Shown here: piece after piece, positions 50,941 to 64,000 of the stretch
Numbering within the stretch: position 1 is the stretch's first letter
Layout: each line of letters opens with the position of its first letter
Source of the DNA: Geosiphon pyriformis uo1
Taxonomy: Eukaryota; Fungi; Glomeromycota
Reading direction: 5' to 3'
DNA length: 64,000 bases
Assembly (NCBI GenBank): GCA_016748015.1
Contig: JAAOMT010000231.1
Span: 145,453-209,452, forward strand
Notes under the pieces: model-generated
What the model saw: the letters and a program-made list of their open reading frames with translations, nothing else
The model's database searches: none
What the model was told of the DNA's origin: nothing
Program-made: the position numbers and the translations under genes

Positions 50941-53790
50941 ATCCTGCTTAAAACTTGTAAATTTGAGTCTTAAAGAATTTTTATTTCTAAAAACTTTTAA
51001 ACTCCAGGTATTTTTTCTATTTTGTTAATTGGTATCTTATTTGTTGTGATAATAACAATTTAATTTTAAAAGAAGTATAAAAATTAACGTTTTATTGAAT
51101 ACAAGTTTGGAAAAATTTAAAAAAAGACAATCTTTGAAAATATATATTTTAAAATTTATATGTTCAAGATTTTTTCTATTATTATTAAAAGAAAAACTTT
51201 GCTTTTTATTAAAATTAAAATGTTTTAACTGAAAGAATTATATAAACAATAATAAAATGGTTCATTTATCATATAGAAAAAAATGAAGATAGTCTCATTT
51301 TGGCTAACGTCTGGGAAAATTTTTTCAAACAAACAAAGAAAATATGTCCCGAAAAAAATAGTTGGTACAACATTAGAACGATAAATCCAGGTACAAATAT
51401 ACATGCATGGTCAAAAGTATGATGAAAAATAATGACAGATTTACTGCAAGCATTCGCTATTCAGTCTCAAACTAAGCTTTTTAATCTATCTTACCAAAAA
51501 AAAAAAAGAATATTAATCAATCTTTCAATGAGAGAAGATCTTATTTTACCCTGAATTTGCTAATATGTGTCTCATTTAAAAAAAATCTTTATTGTAATTC
51601 ATAAACGTAAAACAATAATTTTTTTCTCTTTTTAATAAAATTTTTCACACAAATATTATTATTTTTTTGAAACCATCCTTTTTTGAAAAAAGTTCTTAAC
51701 CAATAATGGATGATTCAATAATTTTTTTTTTTAATAAAAATCAAAATTAATTCTTTAAAAAAAAATATGGTGTAAATTAAAGTATGATTAAGAATTACAT
51801 TAACAATAAATTGGTAATTATGGTTTTTAAGATTTTTAATAATCTAAAAATTAAAAAAAAATTGAATTAACAAAAAACATTTATCGTTTCACTTATTTTA
51901 CTATTTTTTAAAGTATAATTTTCTTTTTTTAAAATATAATAAAAATTGAATTAATTAATTATATTATACAAAAACTTATTTTACTCTAGAATATAAGATT
52001 TCAAATTATTTTCTGTTATTTTATTTTGTTCTATTTTGAGTTTTTAACAAATAAAATTAACAAATATTTATATTTATTTTTTTTACCAATTTTCTAATTC
52101 ATAATTTTTTAATTTTTGATAATAATTTTACAAAATATTCACATTATTTATTTTTATTGAGATTTTATATAAATTTATATATACATTTATTTTTTAAACT
52201 TGATATATTTACACAATATAAATTTATTTGGTTTAAATAATATTAATATTATATAATATAATATAACTAAACTTTGATTTATATAAATTAAAAAAATATT
52301 TAAATCAAATATTCTAAACTTGAATAAATTTTTAAAATTAATTATATATATATATATAATATTTACTTGTTTTTGAAAAGACTTTTTTCAAATAATTTTA
52401 TTTTAATAATATAAAAATTATTAAAAATTTACTTTATAACAAAATGAAAGTTTCAGTAAAGTTTTAAAATATTCTATTAATATTCATGTTTTTTGATATT
52501 TAAAATATATTTCTAAAAAAAAAAATTATAATGTTTTTTAATTTTTAAGCTTTAAGCTTTAAGAATATTAAACTCTATTTTTTCCTTTTTACTTTGATCT
52601 TTATACATTCTTTTTTTTTAAACACAAATCCAAGAGATTTTTTTACTCAAGATACCTTAATATTAATGCTCATAATATATACATATAATCATATTTAGTA
52701 TAACTTTTTTCTGTATCTATATATAAGATTTAATATGACCAGACATACTGCAAATATTAGAAAAGATTAGCTTCTTTGGAAGGTTTTGTCTATTTTTTTT
52801 TTTTTTTTTACAAGTTTAATAAAAATCTCAAGATATAATCACTATTCCTTTTACTTTTTTTTCTCACAAAAATCTTTTTTTTTTTTCGTTCTTTTGTATA
52901 ACTATTAATTAATATTGATTAGATATATAAGTAATAATATACGTTATTTGCTGCATGAACTAATTAATGATAATGCAATATAAAAGCAGTAAATATAATT
53001 TTTTGTATAAGTTCATCTTTGAAAAAAGTTCTCGACTTAAAATCAATTATTAAAAATTTTCTGTTCTCAAACATTATTAACGATTTGGCAAAAAAAAAAC
53101 TTTCTTAGATCGATTTCAATGTTTTGTAACAGTAATATGTTGTGAGCTAGAAAATGGAAGTTTTCGTATCTAATATATCTAACACAAATAATATAATGTA
53201 GATTAGTTAACTTTTTTCACCAAATTAGAGATTTTTACACGTATTTTAATTTTAAAATAAATTTGATATCCAGATCGCACTAAAATTTTTACTCAATAGA
53301 ATGTCTTCCTCGAATTGAACCATTTTGCAGCACTTATCAGTGATAATTACAAGATAAACTATAAGAAAATTCTGACTGGTCAAACAGAATTCTGATGATT
53401 TTTTAATAAACCTGTCGTATAATTTTTTGCTCGCTGGTCAAAAGAAGAAACCAAAATTACTCACAAGACTATATTTTAAATATGCTATCTCTAATTCAGG
53501 CAACATTACCTAATATTAGAACTTTGAAAGGTCTTCAAGAAATTTTCTGCAAAAAAAAAAAAAAAAAAGTAAATTTTATGAAAGAAATTTTCGAAAACTA
53601 AACTATTTCTGTCCTAACTAATATTTGGGATCATGTTTTGCAAAAATCTACATTTAAAATTGACAAAAAAAGTGAGAAAAATCCAGAGATTAAAATCTCC
53701 CAAGAATTTGTTGTAGGTCAAACCTATACTTGTTCGAGATGAACTCTTAATTTTTAATATTGATTCAGATTTCCTCAACAAATAAAGAAT

Positions 53791-54558
53791 TTAAACCCAT
53801 CCGATATTATAAAAAATTTTTCCAATAAATGCGAACAATACACCGATCAAAAGTCTCAAAATTGCCAAAATCGTGCGAATAAATGGTAAATAACCAAAAC
53901 TGAGTGCAATCAATTCATCAATTTGGATAAAATCTTCTTGACGAGCTATGTAAAATTTACCATTTTCTGATCGATACAAGTCTAAAATAGTAGTCTCTCT
54001 GTGAGGAGTTAAAATTTTTAGTACCAAACTTCCTGAAAATTCAATTTTAAAAACAAACCAAATATTCCAATGTATAATGTAATTACCGGACGCTAAGATT
54101 CCGAAATGGAAAAAAAATCACCCAGGGATTTAGAGTGTATTTAATCACGGCCCGTGTATTTTTATCATCAATCCCTGTTTTAAATTTTCAATGCTCAAAG
54201 CTTTTTAAAAAAGAGAAACAAGGAATCGTCCCAAAATTTTTTTGACTTACAAAAGTTGTTTATAACTGGATCGTTTCTCCAAACAAACCCTATTAAATTA
54301 CAAAATTTATTAAAAGAAGTTATAATCCATACGAAATATTTAGATTTTTATATACAAACCACCAAAGAATCGAAATACTTGAACAATTTGTTCACGAGAA
54401 CCTGCACGGCTGGGTATAAAGAAGAAAGGATGTTTGATCTGAGCATCTTCAGTGTAAAATTCCCGAATTTCTGTCTCATCGACAGATGGTCGTTTAACTG
54501 GACATACAGTAAAAAAGTCGATGAATATGTGAGGCAACTCCGTTGGAGGGTCGTTCAT
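53791..54558 (-). CDS. NTF2/SnoaL-like fold protein with hydrophobic C-terminal tail
   Basis: MNDPPTELP.., FYTEDAQIKHPF, GSREQIVQVF, FYIARQEDFIQ; multiple short introns. Confidence 0.75.
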
Positions 54559-55809
54559 GTTTTTATGAATCCTTTAGTTTGAGGTCCTTTCCTTAGAAAT
54601 ATATATAAGAAATATAATTTTTTCTTTGACTGATCCGAAAAACGTCATTCATTTCTTTTTCATGTGAAAATTGGTTATCGCTTTTAACATCAAGTCATAA
54701 TTTTTAATGCATTGTGCTAATTATTAAAATCAACATGTAAATGACGTAAATCAAAACCTTTTTTTGAAAAAAAAAAAAAAATTATCCAATCCTTCCTTAG
54801 AAACCCATTTATAATATTGAATAGTTTTTTTTTAAAAAAAAAATTCGGGAAGCCGAGAATAAATCGTTTTATTTTCATATAGAAAGTATATAGTCCAAGT
54901 ACTTAATTAGTGAAACAATTTTTTAGAAATTACTTAAAAAAAAAAATGGTTACGATCAGAATGTATGTAAGTTTTCCCAAGTTCAAAAAAGTTTTTTTTA
55001 AAAAAAATTACATTTGTTTTTGATTTCGCTTTAAATTAAAAACTACAATCCTTCGTTTATTCTTTGATTCAAATCTTATTTTAGACGACATTCACTAAAT
55101 TGGTTTGATTCCACAAAAATTTTATTATTTGAAAAGTTTTTAGTAAATTATCTAAAAATATAATGTTTTGGAAATAAAGTAAAGTATTTATTTTGTAATC
55201 TTGATCTTTTTTTTTGTTCTCGAAAGTAGATTTCAAAGAATTTCGTATTAACTATCATTACCTAAAGTTTTTAGATTTTTTACCAAAAAAAAAAAGAAAG
55301 ATTATAACTGACAAAAAAATTAATTTGTCTGTTATGAAGAGGCTCAAAAAATTTTGATTTGGAAATTTTATTCAAAAATTTCATTTTTCACTTGATCATC
55401 TAAGGAATATTAAATAATCACCTGAACTCCCTTTATCAAAAAGCAATTGTTTCATATTTGTACAAAAGATTCAAGATTAGGGTGTTTTATGGGTCGAAAA
55501 AGAACCCATCCGATTTCTTATGCTTATTAAGTCTACGTCTCTATGAGAGAATAATTCTTATACCTTAATTGAGAATGCCTCGTCCTTATTGAGAATTAAA
55601 AAGGTAAACTTTGAGTCAAATATCAAAGTAACCTTTAATTGCTGCATTTCAAAGATTAAGGTTACATATTAAATATTGAGGTTCAAGGAGAATCATAGCT
55701 AATTTTAGAAAATAATTGCTAAACTCGAATTAAAAGTTATACTTGAAATCAGATTTACAAAGAAATTTTTATGGAAACTAACTCCAAAATGTGGATCATT
55801 ATCAAAATC

Positions 55810-57420
55810 TTAGGAGCTTCCTCGCTCATTGGCTGATTCTTTCTGCGAAAAATTTGTAGAATCCATTTCAATTGAATCACCTTGATCTTCTGCCGAATTT
55901 GAGTTTTGACTTTTTTGTAAACTCATATTCTTGGAGGAAGATAACGACAAAGTCGCAAAACCGCTTGATGAGGTGCCTGTATTATTTGATTGACTCTTGC
56001 TGCTTATTGGTGTCGATGATGTAGATTTACTTCCTTTGGTGTGCCTCTTGAAAACATTGAAAGATCCATGTTTTTGTCTGGAAAAATTGGTATTCTCAAC
56101 TCTAATATCTTCTTCGCTTGGCTGTTTACCATGATACATTGATTCAGGAGGTCGTATTAGTTTCTTATCATCTTCGGTTTTGAAACTTTCAATTGTGAGA
56201 TTAGATGACAATCCCAAGTCTCTAATGGGTAGCTCGTGAAAATGATCATTATTTTCTTGTAAAATAATTGATTGGTTTTTTTCATTTCTAATTTTGGAAA
56301 AATATTTTTGGAGACTTGAAAAAGGTGATGATTTTGAATTTTCTCGGCTTTCATTGGTTGATTCGGGACCAGTTGGGGATGGGTAAATCGTACTGTTTGA
56401 ATCAAAATAAGAAAATAAATCAGAGCTTTTCAAAAGAAATGAAAAGTTAAATTTTTTTTAGAAAACGTGAATTTACTTGTAAATAAAAACTCCTTGAGCA
56501 ATTGTAAGTAATATCGGTATTGCAAAGTTCCACATCACCAGATATAAAGTATTAACTATTGGCATCAATATTGTGGTGTTGTGGTGCCACATACCATAAG
56601 CAAAACATACAAAAGTGTATGATCCATTAGTCTCAACAAAAGTAATAACTATCATATTCAACTAAAAAAAAGGGAAAAAGATTAGACAAGTAAAATTTTA
56701 TAATATTACATTTTTGAATTTAAAAAAGCAACTCACGTTCCTTACGGCTCGTTTCACCCTTGCTAATTTCCATTTACTTTCACGATCACCGTTTTCATTT
56801 CGTTGTTTCAACTCTTCCATATGGTTATTTAATATCGAAATCAACTTGTACCAAAAAAATATTACAGTTGAGACGTAAGCTGCCGACCAACCAGTCCAAA
56901 CCAAATAATGAATTTTAAAAAATTTGTTTGCATTTCGAATGTCATTTTGATCCGCATAATAGCCGGTTAATGCAGCCAAAGGAACACCACACATAAATGG
57001 ACCAAATATTAAAGCCGATCCCCAGACGTCAAGTAGATGTTTGTTTGGAATCCAGGCTGCTGTGTCTGATTCTATATTTGGTATCGAATAAACTGGGGGG
57101 AGGGGATGGGGAGTTGGAGGGGATGGGGGGTTTTAAGAGACAAAATTTCGAGTTTTAAATTACTTTGAATAAATGAGATAGCAGAATTACCAATGCTTAT
57201 TGGCAAAAGTCCTGCTAAACCAAATCCAATGAGACGTGGAATATCCTGTGAAACTAAAAATTTCGTCCGAAACTTTTTTTAAGTTAGGAATGATTTGATA
57301 AAAAATTCAGGATAAGAAAGAATTAAAATTTTTCTTACGTTCCGCAATCATTATGTTTGGAAAGGAATCACAAAGCAATAGAGCTAAATGAACAATATGA
57401 ACTAATAAAATAAGGGAACA

Positions 57421-57453
<33 letters not shown>

Positions 57454-57849
57454 GTTATTCGTTCAACCTTATTATTGCGTTTCCCTTTTTATGCATTCCT
57501 GATCCTTAGGGAAATGATTACCTGTGTTAAATACAAAAGCTATAATGTGAAAGGCATCCTGAGGCCTTGGTCTTATAAATCCTCGGTTTCTTGTTGCGGC
57601 AAACCATAATTTTTGGCCTTTCACTTGGGTTCGGTAATAAAGAAAAAAGCCGCTCACTAAGGCTATCAGGGCCGAATATGGTATTAATATCCAATGAATT
57701 TTACGAATTAATTCTTCTTCCTCACATCCTCGGGAGTTTATTCGAAAGTCACAGACACATTTTACCGAAAGTTTGGAAATATTTGTGTCAAGATGGTTTG
57801 AAGTAATATTTCTGCAAACAAGAGCAAATCCCCCTTTCAATATTGCCAT
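55810..57849 (-). CDS. Seven-TM / GPCR-like membrane protein with Ser-rich cytoplasmic tail
   Basis: Extracellular CVCDFR..GC motif, then about seven hydrophobic segments across exons and a long hydrophilic Ser-rich last exon. Confidence 0.75.
57095..57130 (+). other. G-quadruplex-competent G-run tract at an intron 3' splice site
   Basis: G6-A-G4-AT-G4-AGTT-GG-A-G4-AT-G6, abutting the minus-strand CAG acceptor. Confidence 0.6.
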
Positions 57850-60800
57850 GTGATTCGTCTATTCTTTTCTTAATGAAATGAATAAAATTTTTTGCCGCGT
57901 GAGAATGAGCTTAATTTATAAAAATTCGATGGCTTGTAGAGAGTAAATTTATCGTTTTATAGAATATGACTTAAACATTGAACTGTCACAGTAAATTGTA
58001 ACTGCAGAAAGAGGTCTGTGCACATTTGTGTAAAACAAACTCTTTACATTTTTTTGAGAGATCTCCATGTTTTAGTGAATTAAAACCAATAGATCTTGTC
58101 AGGGCTCAAAATTAAATGCATTGTGCAAGTTCTCCAGAAAACCTTATTTTACAAACACTTGCACTATCAAACAGACATTAATTGGTGAAATGCTGAGACC
58201 AATTTTTATTTTTTTGCTCAGGTTCACAATTCCTCTTTTTTGAAACGTAAATTATCGGCGTTGTTTATATAATAACATTAATTTCCTATTTCAGCTTACT
58301 ATCATGCAAAATTAATAGCTGATCAAAATAAATTATCGCCTCAAAAATACAAACATGTGATAAATTGAATTTGGAGAGATTTAGAATTTGTCGGGGAGGG
58401 CAAAAGTAATCGATTTGCAACTAGTTTTTTGAATTGATTTTGTTGTTTCAATGATAATCATCATCCGAAATTTCTATTCGATCTATCACTTATTTTTGAT
58501 GCTTTTTAAAGACAGTAGTTACATAGATTGAAGAGAATATGAAAAATTTTGTAACCCAATATCACGATCTATAGAAAAATTTTTTATCAATATCATGTAT
58601 TATTCACAAAACTTATTTTTAATAAGGAACTTTTAACTCCTGCCTTTGATTATGACAAAAGAACTTTCAAATCGAAAAAATTTTCAATCATTATATAATA
58701 TGGAGAGTTTAATGCAAACTTGTGTCAGGATTGTGATTTAATATTATATAATATGTTAAAAAAAATCAACGAATGCACAAATACGCCATTATTTAAAAAG
58801 CGTGAATTTTAAATTTCAAGTGCACCAAATTATAGAACCTGTTTATAACTTTTTTTTCTAAAAAAATTGTATCTTTCAAAATAGTTGACACCAAAAGATT
58901 TTAATAGATTTTGATGATTATTTATTCAAAATTTAATTTTTTTTTAGTTAAATTTCTGAGATTCCATAGGTAAACAACGGTCCTGAGATTTTTTCTTTCA
59001 AACATGCAATGAGTTGAACTTGAAATCCTTTAAAAAGGCACACTATCTGCTCTAAATTTTTAGCAAGCAAACCAATTTTCCCCTTGTAAGTTTTTTAATC
59101 CTGCATTAAATAATAATTTTGATGCTATAAACTTTGATACAAATGATTATTGAAATAAAACTTTGAATGAAAAAAATTATTCTTTTAGTTTTCAAACATT
59201 TTTGAGTACAATATTTTTTGGTGAAAACCTATTTCAAAGAGATTTTTGAAAAGGAGAAATATAATGGAAATATATATATTGAAAATTAAGGAATCTATTT
59301 CAAAAGTTTTTGTTGGTGTTTTTATTTGCTCAGCTTTTAAAATTGTCAAGTTTAAAGTTTTTAAATTTTATGTAGTTTGTTTTTTTGGTTAAATTGAAGT
59401 CTTGAATGAAATTTTTTTAGAATTATTGTTTAGCTACTACACAAACAATAGATTGGCAGTATTATAAATATATAACAAGATTTTTTGAAATAAAAATTTA
59501 GGCATTGTTATATCTATAAGAAATCATAATAGCATTACTAAAAGAAACCACAAAATTTCTTGGCACTTTTAATTAAATTTAATAACTACCATAAAGCTTT
59601 TTACTCATTTAATTTCTAATGAAATTTAAGAAAATTTAAAGAGCTTTTTGATAGTTTGGAAAATAAAATTTCTTCTTTTAGCTAATAACTCAAAGGGCTA
59701 ATTAAAAAACAATGTCGCACTTAAGGTACAGAACATGATTTGTTAATTATATACCTTCTAATTTTTTAATAGCATATCTTCTTGAGCAAAGATGGACGAT
59801 TATAAATTGAATGTACTTTTAACCTTTGCATTAAATTAGTCCTGACGCGTTGATCTTCATTGTACGTATTTTTAAATAATGGCTGGAGCGAATCAGATAT
59901 ACTCTAGATTTGAAAAGTTATAGTTTTGATGTGGTAAGAAAGTAAAAATTTAAATTAGCAAGTCAACTCTCAAAATGATCATATTGTACTTCGTGTTACA
60001 ATCCTCAATCCTTTAAGTTACCATTCAGGGTTTTTAATGAAGTTTTATTGCTTTGACCAAAAATTATGTAGAAGGTAATTAAAGTTCGCTTGTGTAACTA
60101 TGACATAACTAGAAAGCAGATCAACTCCTAATCAAAGTTATCAATTGAACACAGAACTTTTAGTATTATAAGTTAGTAACTGCTGGATATTTAAGGCTGC
60201 AGAAGTTTACAAAACTTTCCCCCTTGATTGGAGATTTTAATTTAGAAAATAAAATTCATATAAAGTTAACCGTGCGAATGAAAATTTGTCTTTGAATCCC
60301 AATATCTCCTATATAAAATATTTCAAAGCCCATATTTTTTTTTTAAAAGAGATAAATAAAAGCAAGACCAAATCAATGACTTAACAATTTTCACAATATA
60401 TAATCATAAAAAACTCTGTCAATGATTAGTTTTCACAAAAATTTTTCAAAAATAATTGAAAAATTAAAAATTAAATTTCAATATAAAACCCTTTTCAGTA
60501 CATCAATTTTAATCATTCTACAAAAATTTCCAAGCCTAACCCTATTTTCTAATCCAACAAATTCCAAAATAAAAATTTCCCAAATTTCTCATAGATGAAA
60601 AAATTATTACTTGAAAGAATGAAACATATTTTTAAAATCCGACATATTAATATCTTTTAAAAATTAATTTATTTAAGGAATATCTCGAAAAGATAAAAAA
60701 CGTTAAGTAAAATTTACCATAACATTTAAACAAATAGAACGGAATAAAAACTTGTAAATTTTAATGAAAGTTGCATCAAACTCTTGTATTAAATGTTTTA

Positions 60801-62849
60801 TTATCCGAGCTTAGAAATTTATAGTTTTCATTAGAATTTTCATCTCTTTCAAAAAATTATTATTATTTAAAAGCTTTAAAATGTCATTCTCAAAGAACTC
60901 AAAATACTACTGCATCTTTGAGATTGAATTCTTTGCTAAGTTATTATCTAAAATATTTTTTAAAATAAAAAATTTATTATAAAACAAATATTTTCACAAT
61001 TGTGATCTAAACACATTGTTTATAAGGTTTTTAATGCCATATACAAATTGAATCTAGAAGCATAATAATTGATTGTGTTTTCTGTTGAAAATTAATATTA
61101 ATAATAGCAAGTTATTAATAAAAATTTACATATGATGCATAACTCAATAATATGGCAAAATTGAATAGTTGGTTAAATATTTTTTGATTGATTTATTTAG
61201 ATTTTATTCACAGGATAAATAAAATATTGATTTAAAATAGCAATCTATTTAACAATGCAAATATTAAAAATATACTAAGCATATTTCACATTTATTATTT
61301 AATTGATTTAAACTTATGGAATTTAGATTTAAACCAAAATTAAACAATAATTTACCAAATTCAATGAATATTTATTTTATAAAACTATTTTTTTTTAAAT
61401 TATATATTTGTGAAAAAAAGACATAAATCTTGTTACATATTAATTATTTATTAATTTTATAATATAAAATTAAGAAACTAGCTATCTTTATTGCTATCGA
61501 TTCACTTTTACAATTTTTCTAAAAAATTTTCCATTAGTTATAGCATTTTTAGGTTTCTTCAAAAAACATCTTTGTAATCGAATTCTTCTTCAAATAATAA
61601 AATTTCAATTACAAGCTACCTTTATTCCCTATGAATTATATGGTAACTAGCATGCAAAATTTAGAAATTAAATTTCCTTTCTTTGTATTTAAAATTTGAA
61701 TTAGGAATTCAAAATTTACAATAGTTCTTATAATTTGCTTTTTTAAAATTTGAAAAACAGTACATATAAATTTTCAACATATTAATCAATGTTCGCTGAA
61801 TTTTCTTTTAATATAATCATGTTCAATAATGTTTTAGATTTAATAAAAGCTTCTTTCAAAATAATTGTCTTGTTTCATATTCCCCAAATTTGTTTAAATT
61901 TTACAGAACTTTGATGAGGTTATTAAAATCAAAGAAATTTATATTGGTGTTTGTTAATAATTATTTCAATCAATATTCTTTGTCCAACTTTTTGAAAATT
62001 GAAATTTCCATGCTAGCCTAGCTCATTTTTATATTTGAAAAAATAACACAACTAATCATTGGAGTATTTAAAACTACTCGTTAACTCTATTTTCAAGGTC
62101 CAAAAGAATTTTTCATTCAAAATCTTATAATATTAGCTTCCAATTGCGGTTAACATTTTATCCTATTAATGAAACATGCTTAGGCAATTAAAGGCTAATA
62201 TTAATAATACTTGTATTTTTTAAAATTGAAATCTGACAATCTGACTGGTCTATTCGACAAACCGTAGAAAGACCATTTTTGTAAAGCAATAACAACTCTT
62301 TTATTTGAGAGGAAATAGGTGGTTGAAATCTATTTTAGGAAATAATTGAACAAAAACAGGGCACTTTTGACCAAAATAGCTAAAATCAATGTAATCCAAC
62401 AAGTAAAATCTTGTTAGATTAAATTAAATTTCAAAAAACAAACTTGATAAAGTTTGGCGTAAGTTCAACATTACATCATATACCATAATTATGGCGAGTT
62501 TTAGCTGGCATGTGTTTTTTCAAAAATGAATTGATCCATCCAAGTCGGAGCTCAAGCATTTCGCGATGCATTTGGATGATGCTTCTGCAGATTTACGGAG
62601 CTTTGATCAGGTGGAAGATTATGCAATCTCTTAAAAAGAGTAACCGGTAAATGTATCACGGAACAGATAAAATCTGGTCATCATCCACAAACAAAGCGTT
62701 TGTAATACGTCAAATCTGCTGTGTTTGTGCCTGGGCCTTTTTCCAATAAAAAAAGCGAATTATACAGAGGTTCCATTTTGCGTTCTGAAATTCTCAAGAT
62801 TTTCTATTTTTTGAATCGTTTTCTCATTGAAATTTCTCAAATCAATTAA

Positions 62850-63401
62850 ATGTCTGAAACGAACGAGGGATTTCCCGTCAAAAGAAATGATTATAATGAG
62901 GTGACAGGGCCACTAAGCGTAAGAAAAATCGAGGCAAATGAATCAAAAGATCATCATGTTAAGGTTGAAATTCCCACTGAACATAGTAAGTCTTGAAATA
63001 AAGAAGATTTGTCTATAGGTTTTGTTTTTCCTTTCAAATATTTGACGTCAAAAATTGTAATTTAATTTAAAAAAAAAAAGACCCGATACCGCTATACCGT
63101 AACCCAACTAAAGCACCAGGAGAATTAGAGTTGGCCAAATTTGAAACACAAAGTATAGATGAACAAACGCAACCATATAAACATGATGGTCCTTGGTACA
63201 AAGATATTTCCCAAAGAAGATGGATCATTTTTGGTGTACTAGCTATTGTTATTGTTATCGTCATAGTAGTTGGTGAGTCTTTGCTTTTGTTTTTGAGTAA
63301 AATTTTTTACTTTTTAAACGAATTATATTCATGAAAAAATATTTATTTTTATCCATAAAGTTCCAGTAACGGTAGCTCACGCTATTAAGACTAAGGACTA
63401 A
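62850..63401 (+). CDS. Small single-pass membrane protein with C-terminal TM helix
   Basis: Three exons; hydrophilic N-terminus, then RRWIIFGVLAIVIVIVIVVVPVTV, stop TAA 63399-63401. Confidence 0.75.
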
Positions 63402-64000
63402 GATCCTATTTATTTTTTAAAAAAGCTTTTTCTTTTTTTTATAATTATTAATACGTTAATAAATCTAATACTGGGCCTCTTACAGATAATAGTTAGATTT
63501 TTGTAATATATTAAATCGCCGTTGTAATTTATCGAATTTCACTTCCATATAAAAGACACAATTGATGCCATATTTTCATTTGCAAGAATGAGATAATTTA
63601 TTTTTACTTGGGCAATATGAGCCATTGAATATACTTTTTGCAATCTCATTATTGCTTCGTTCAACATTTATAGTTTATTCTGGATTTATTCAAATAAATA
63701 AATAAACATGATTAATCTTTTTTTTTAATTTCTCAAGTTTCAGGTTTTTATCAATAGTCTCAAAGCAACCAATGAATCATCAAACTTATTGAAAATAAAT
63801 TTACGTTATGGCGAGCTGTTAAAGATTTGCCTGAAGATTGATTGGCTTTTATTTTGTTGAAATCAAAGATTAATCAAGTGATAAGTTTTGGTTTAAATGT
63901 TAAATTTTGCATTTTACATTTCTTTCAAGTTTTAAAATATATTAATAAATCTTGTTTTTATTGTATTTTGCGTTATTTATTTAAATGTTCACAATATTCT

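Overview
Very AT-rich, intron-containing eukaryotic DNA. The gene content (tyrosine-kinase-like kinase, BTB/BACK, class-3 lipase, short GT-AG introns, G/C-eroded transposon relics) points to a Glomeromycotina fungus; Geosiphon-like is an inference only. About 14 apparently intact genes were reconstructed by hand across introns. They include two same-strand paralogous GPI-type surface proteins, a head-to-head pair of secreted beta-sandwich paralogs, an NAD(P)-binding HTATIP2-like oxidoreductase, a multi-TM membrane protein, a BTB/BACK protein, a class-3 lipase lacking its catalytic serine, an MLRQ/NDUFA4-type subunit, an NTF2-like protein and a 7TM-like protein. Three highlights are poorly shown by the ORF track. 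(1) A decayed Fanzor2/IS607-TnpB-like RNA-guided nuclease gene (about 18800-19800, minus strand), apparently read in frame from an unknown N-terminal domain and followed by sense-strand hairpins where an omegaRNA would lie. (2) A six-exon fungal homolog of bacterial Csp3/DUF326 copper-storage proteins with a 7-nt micro-exon and only 10 Cys. (3) A young 606-bp non-autonomous Tc1/mariner element with perfect 28-bp TIRs and a TA TSD inside a kinase pseudogene. No rRNA, tRNA or CRISPR array is supported. Family assignments rest on motif recognition, not database searches.
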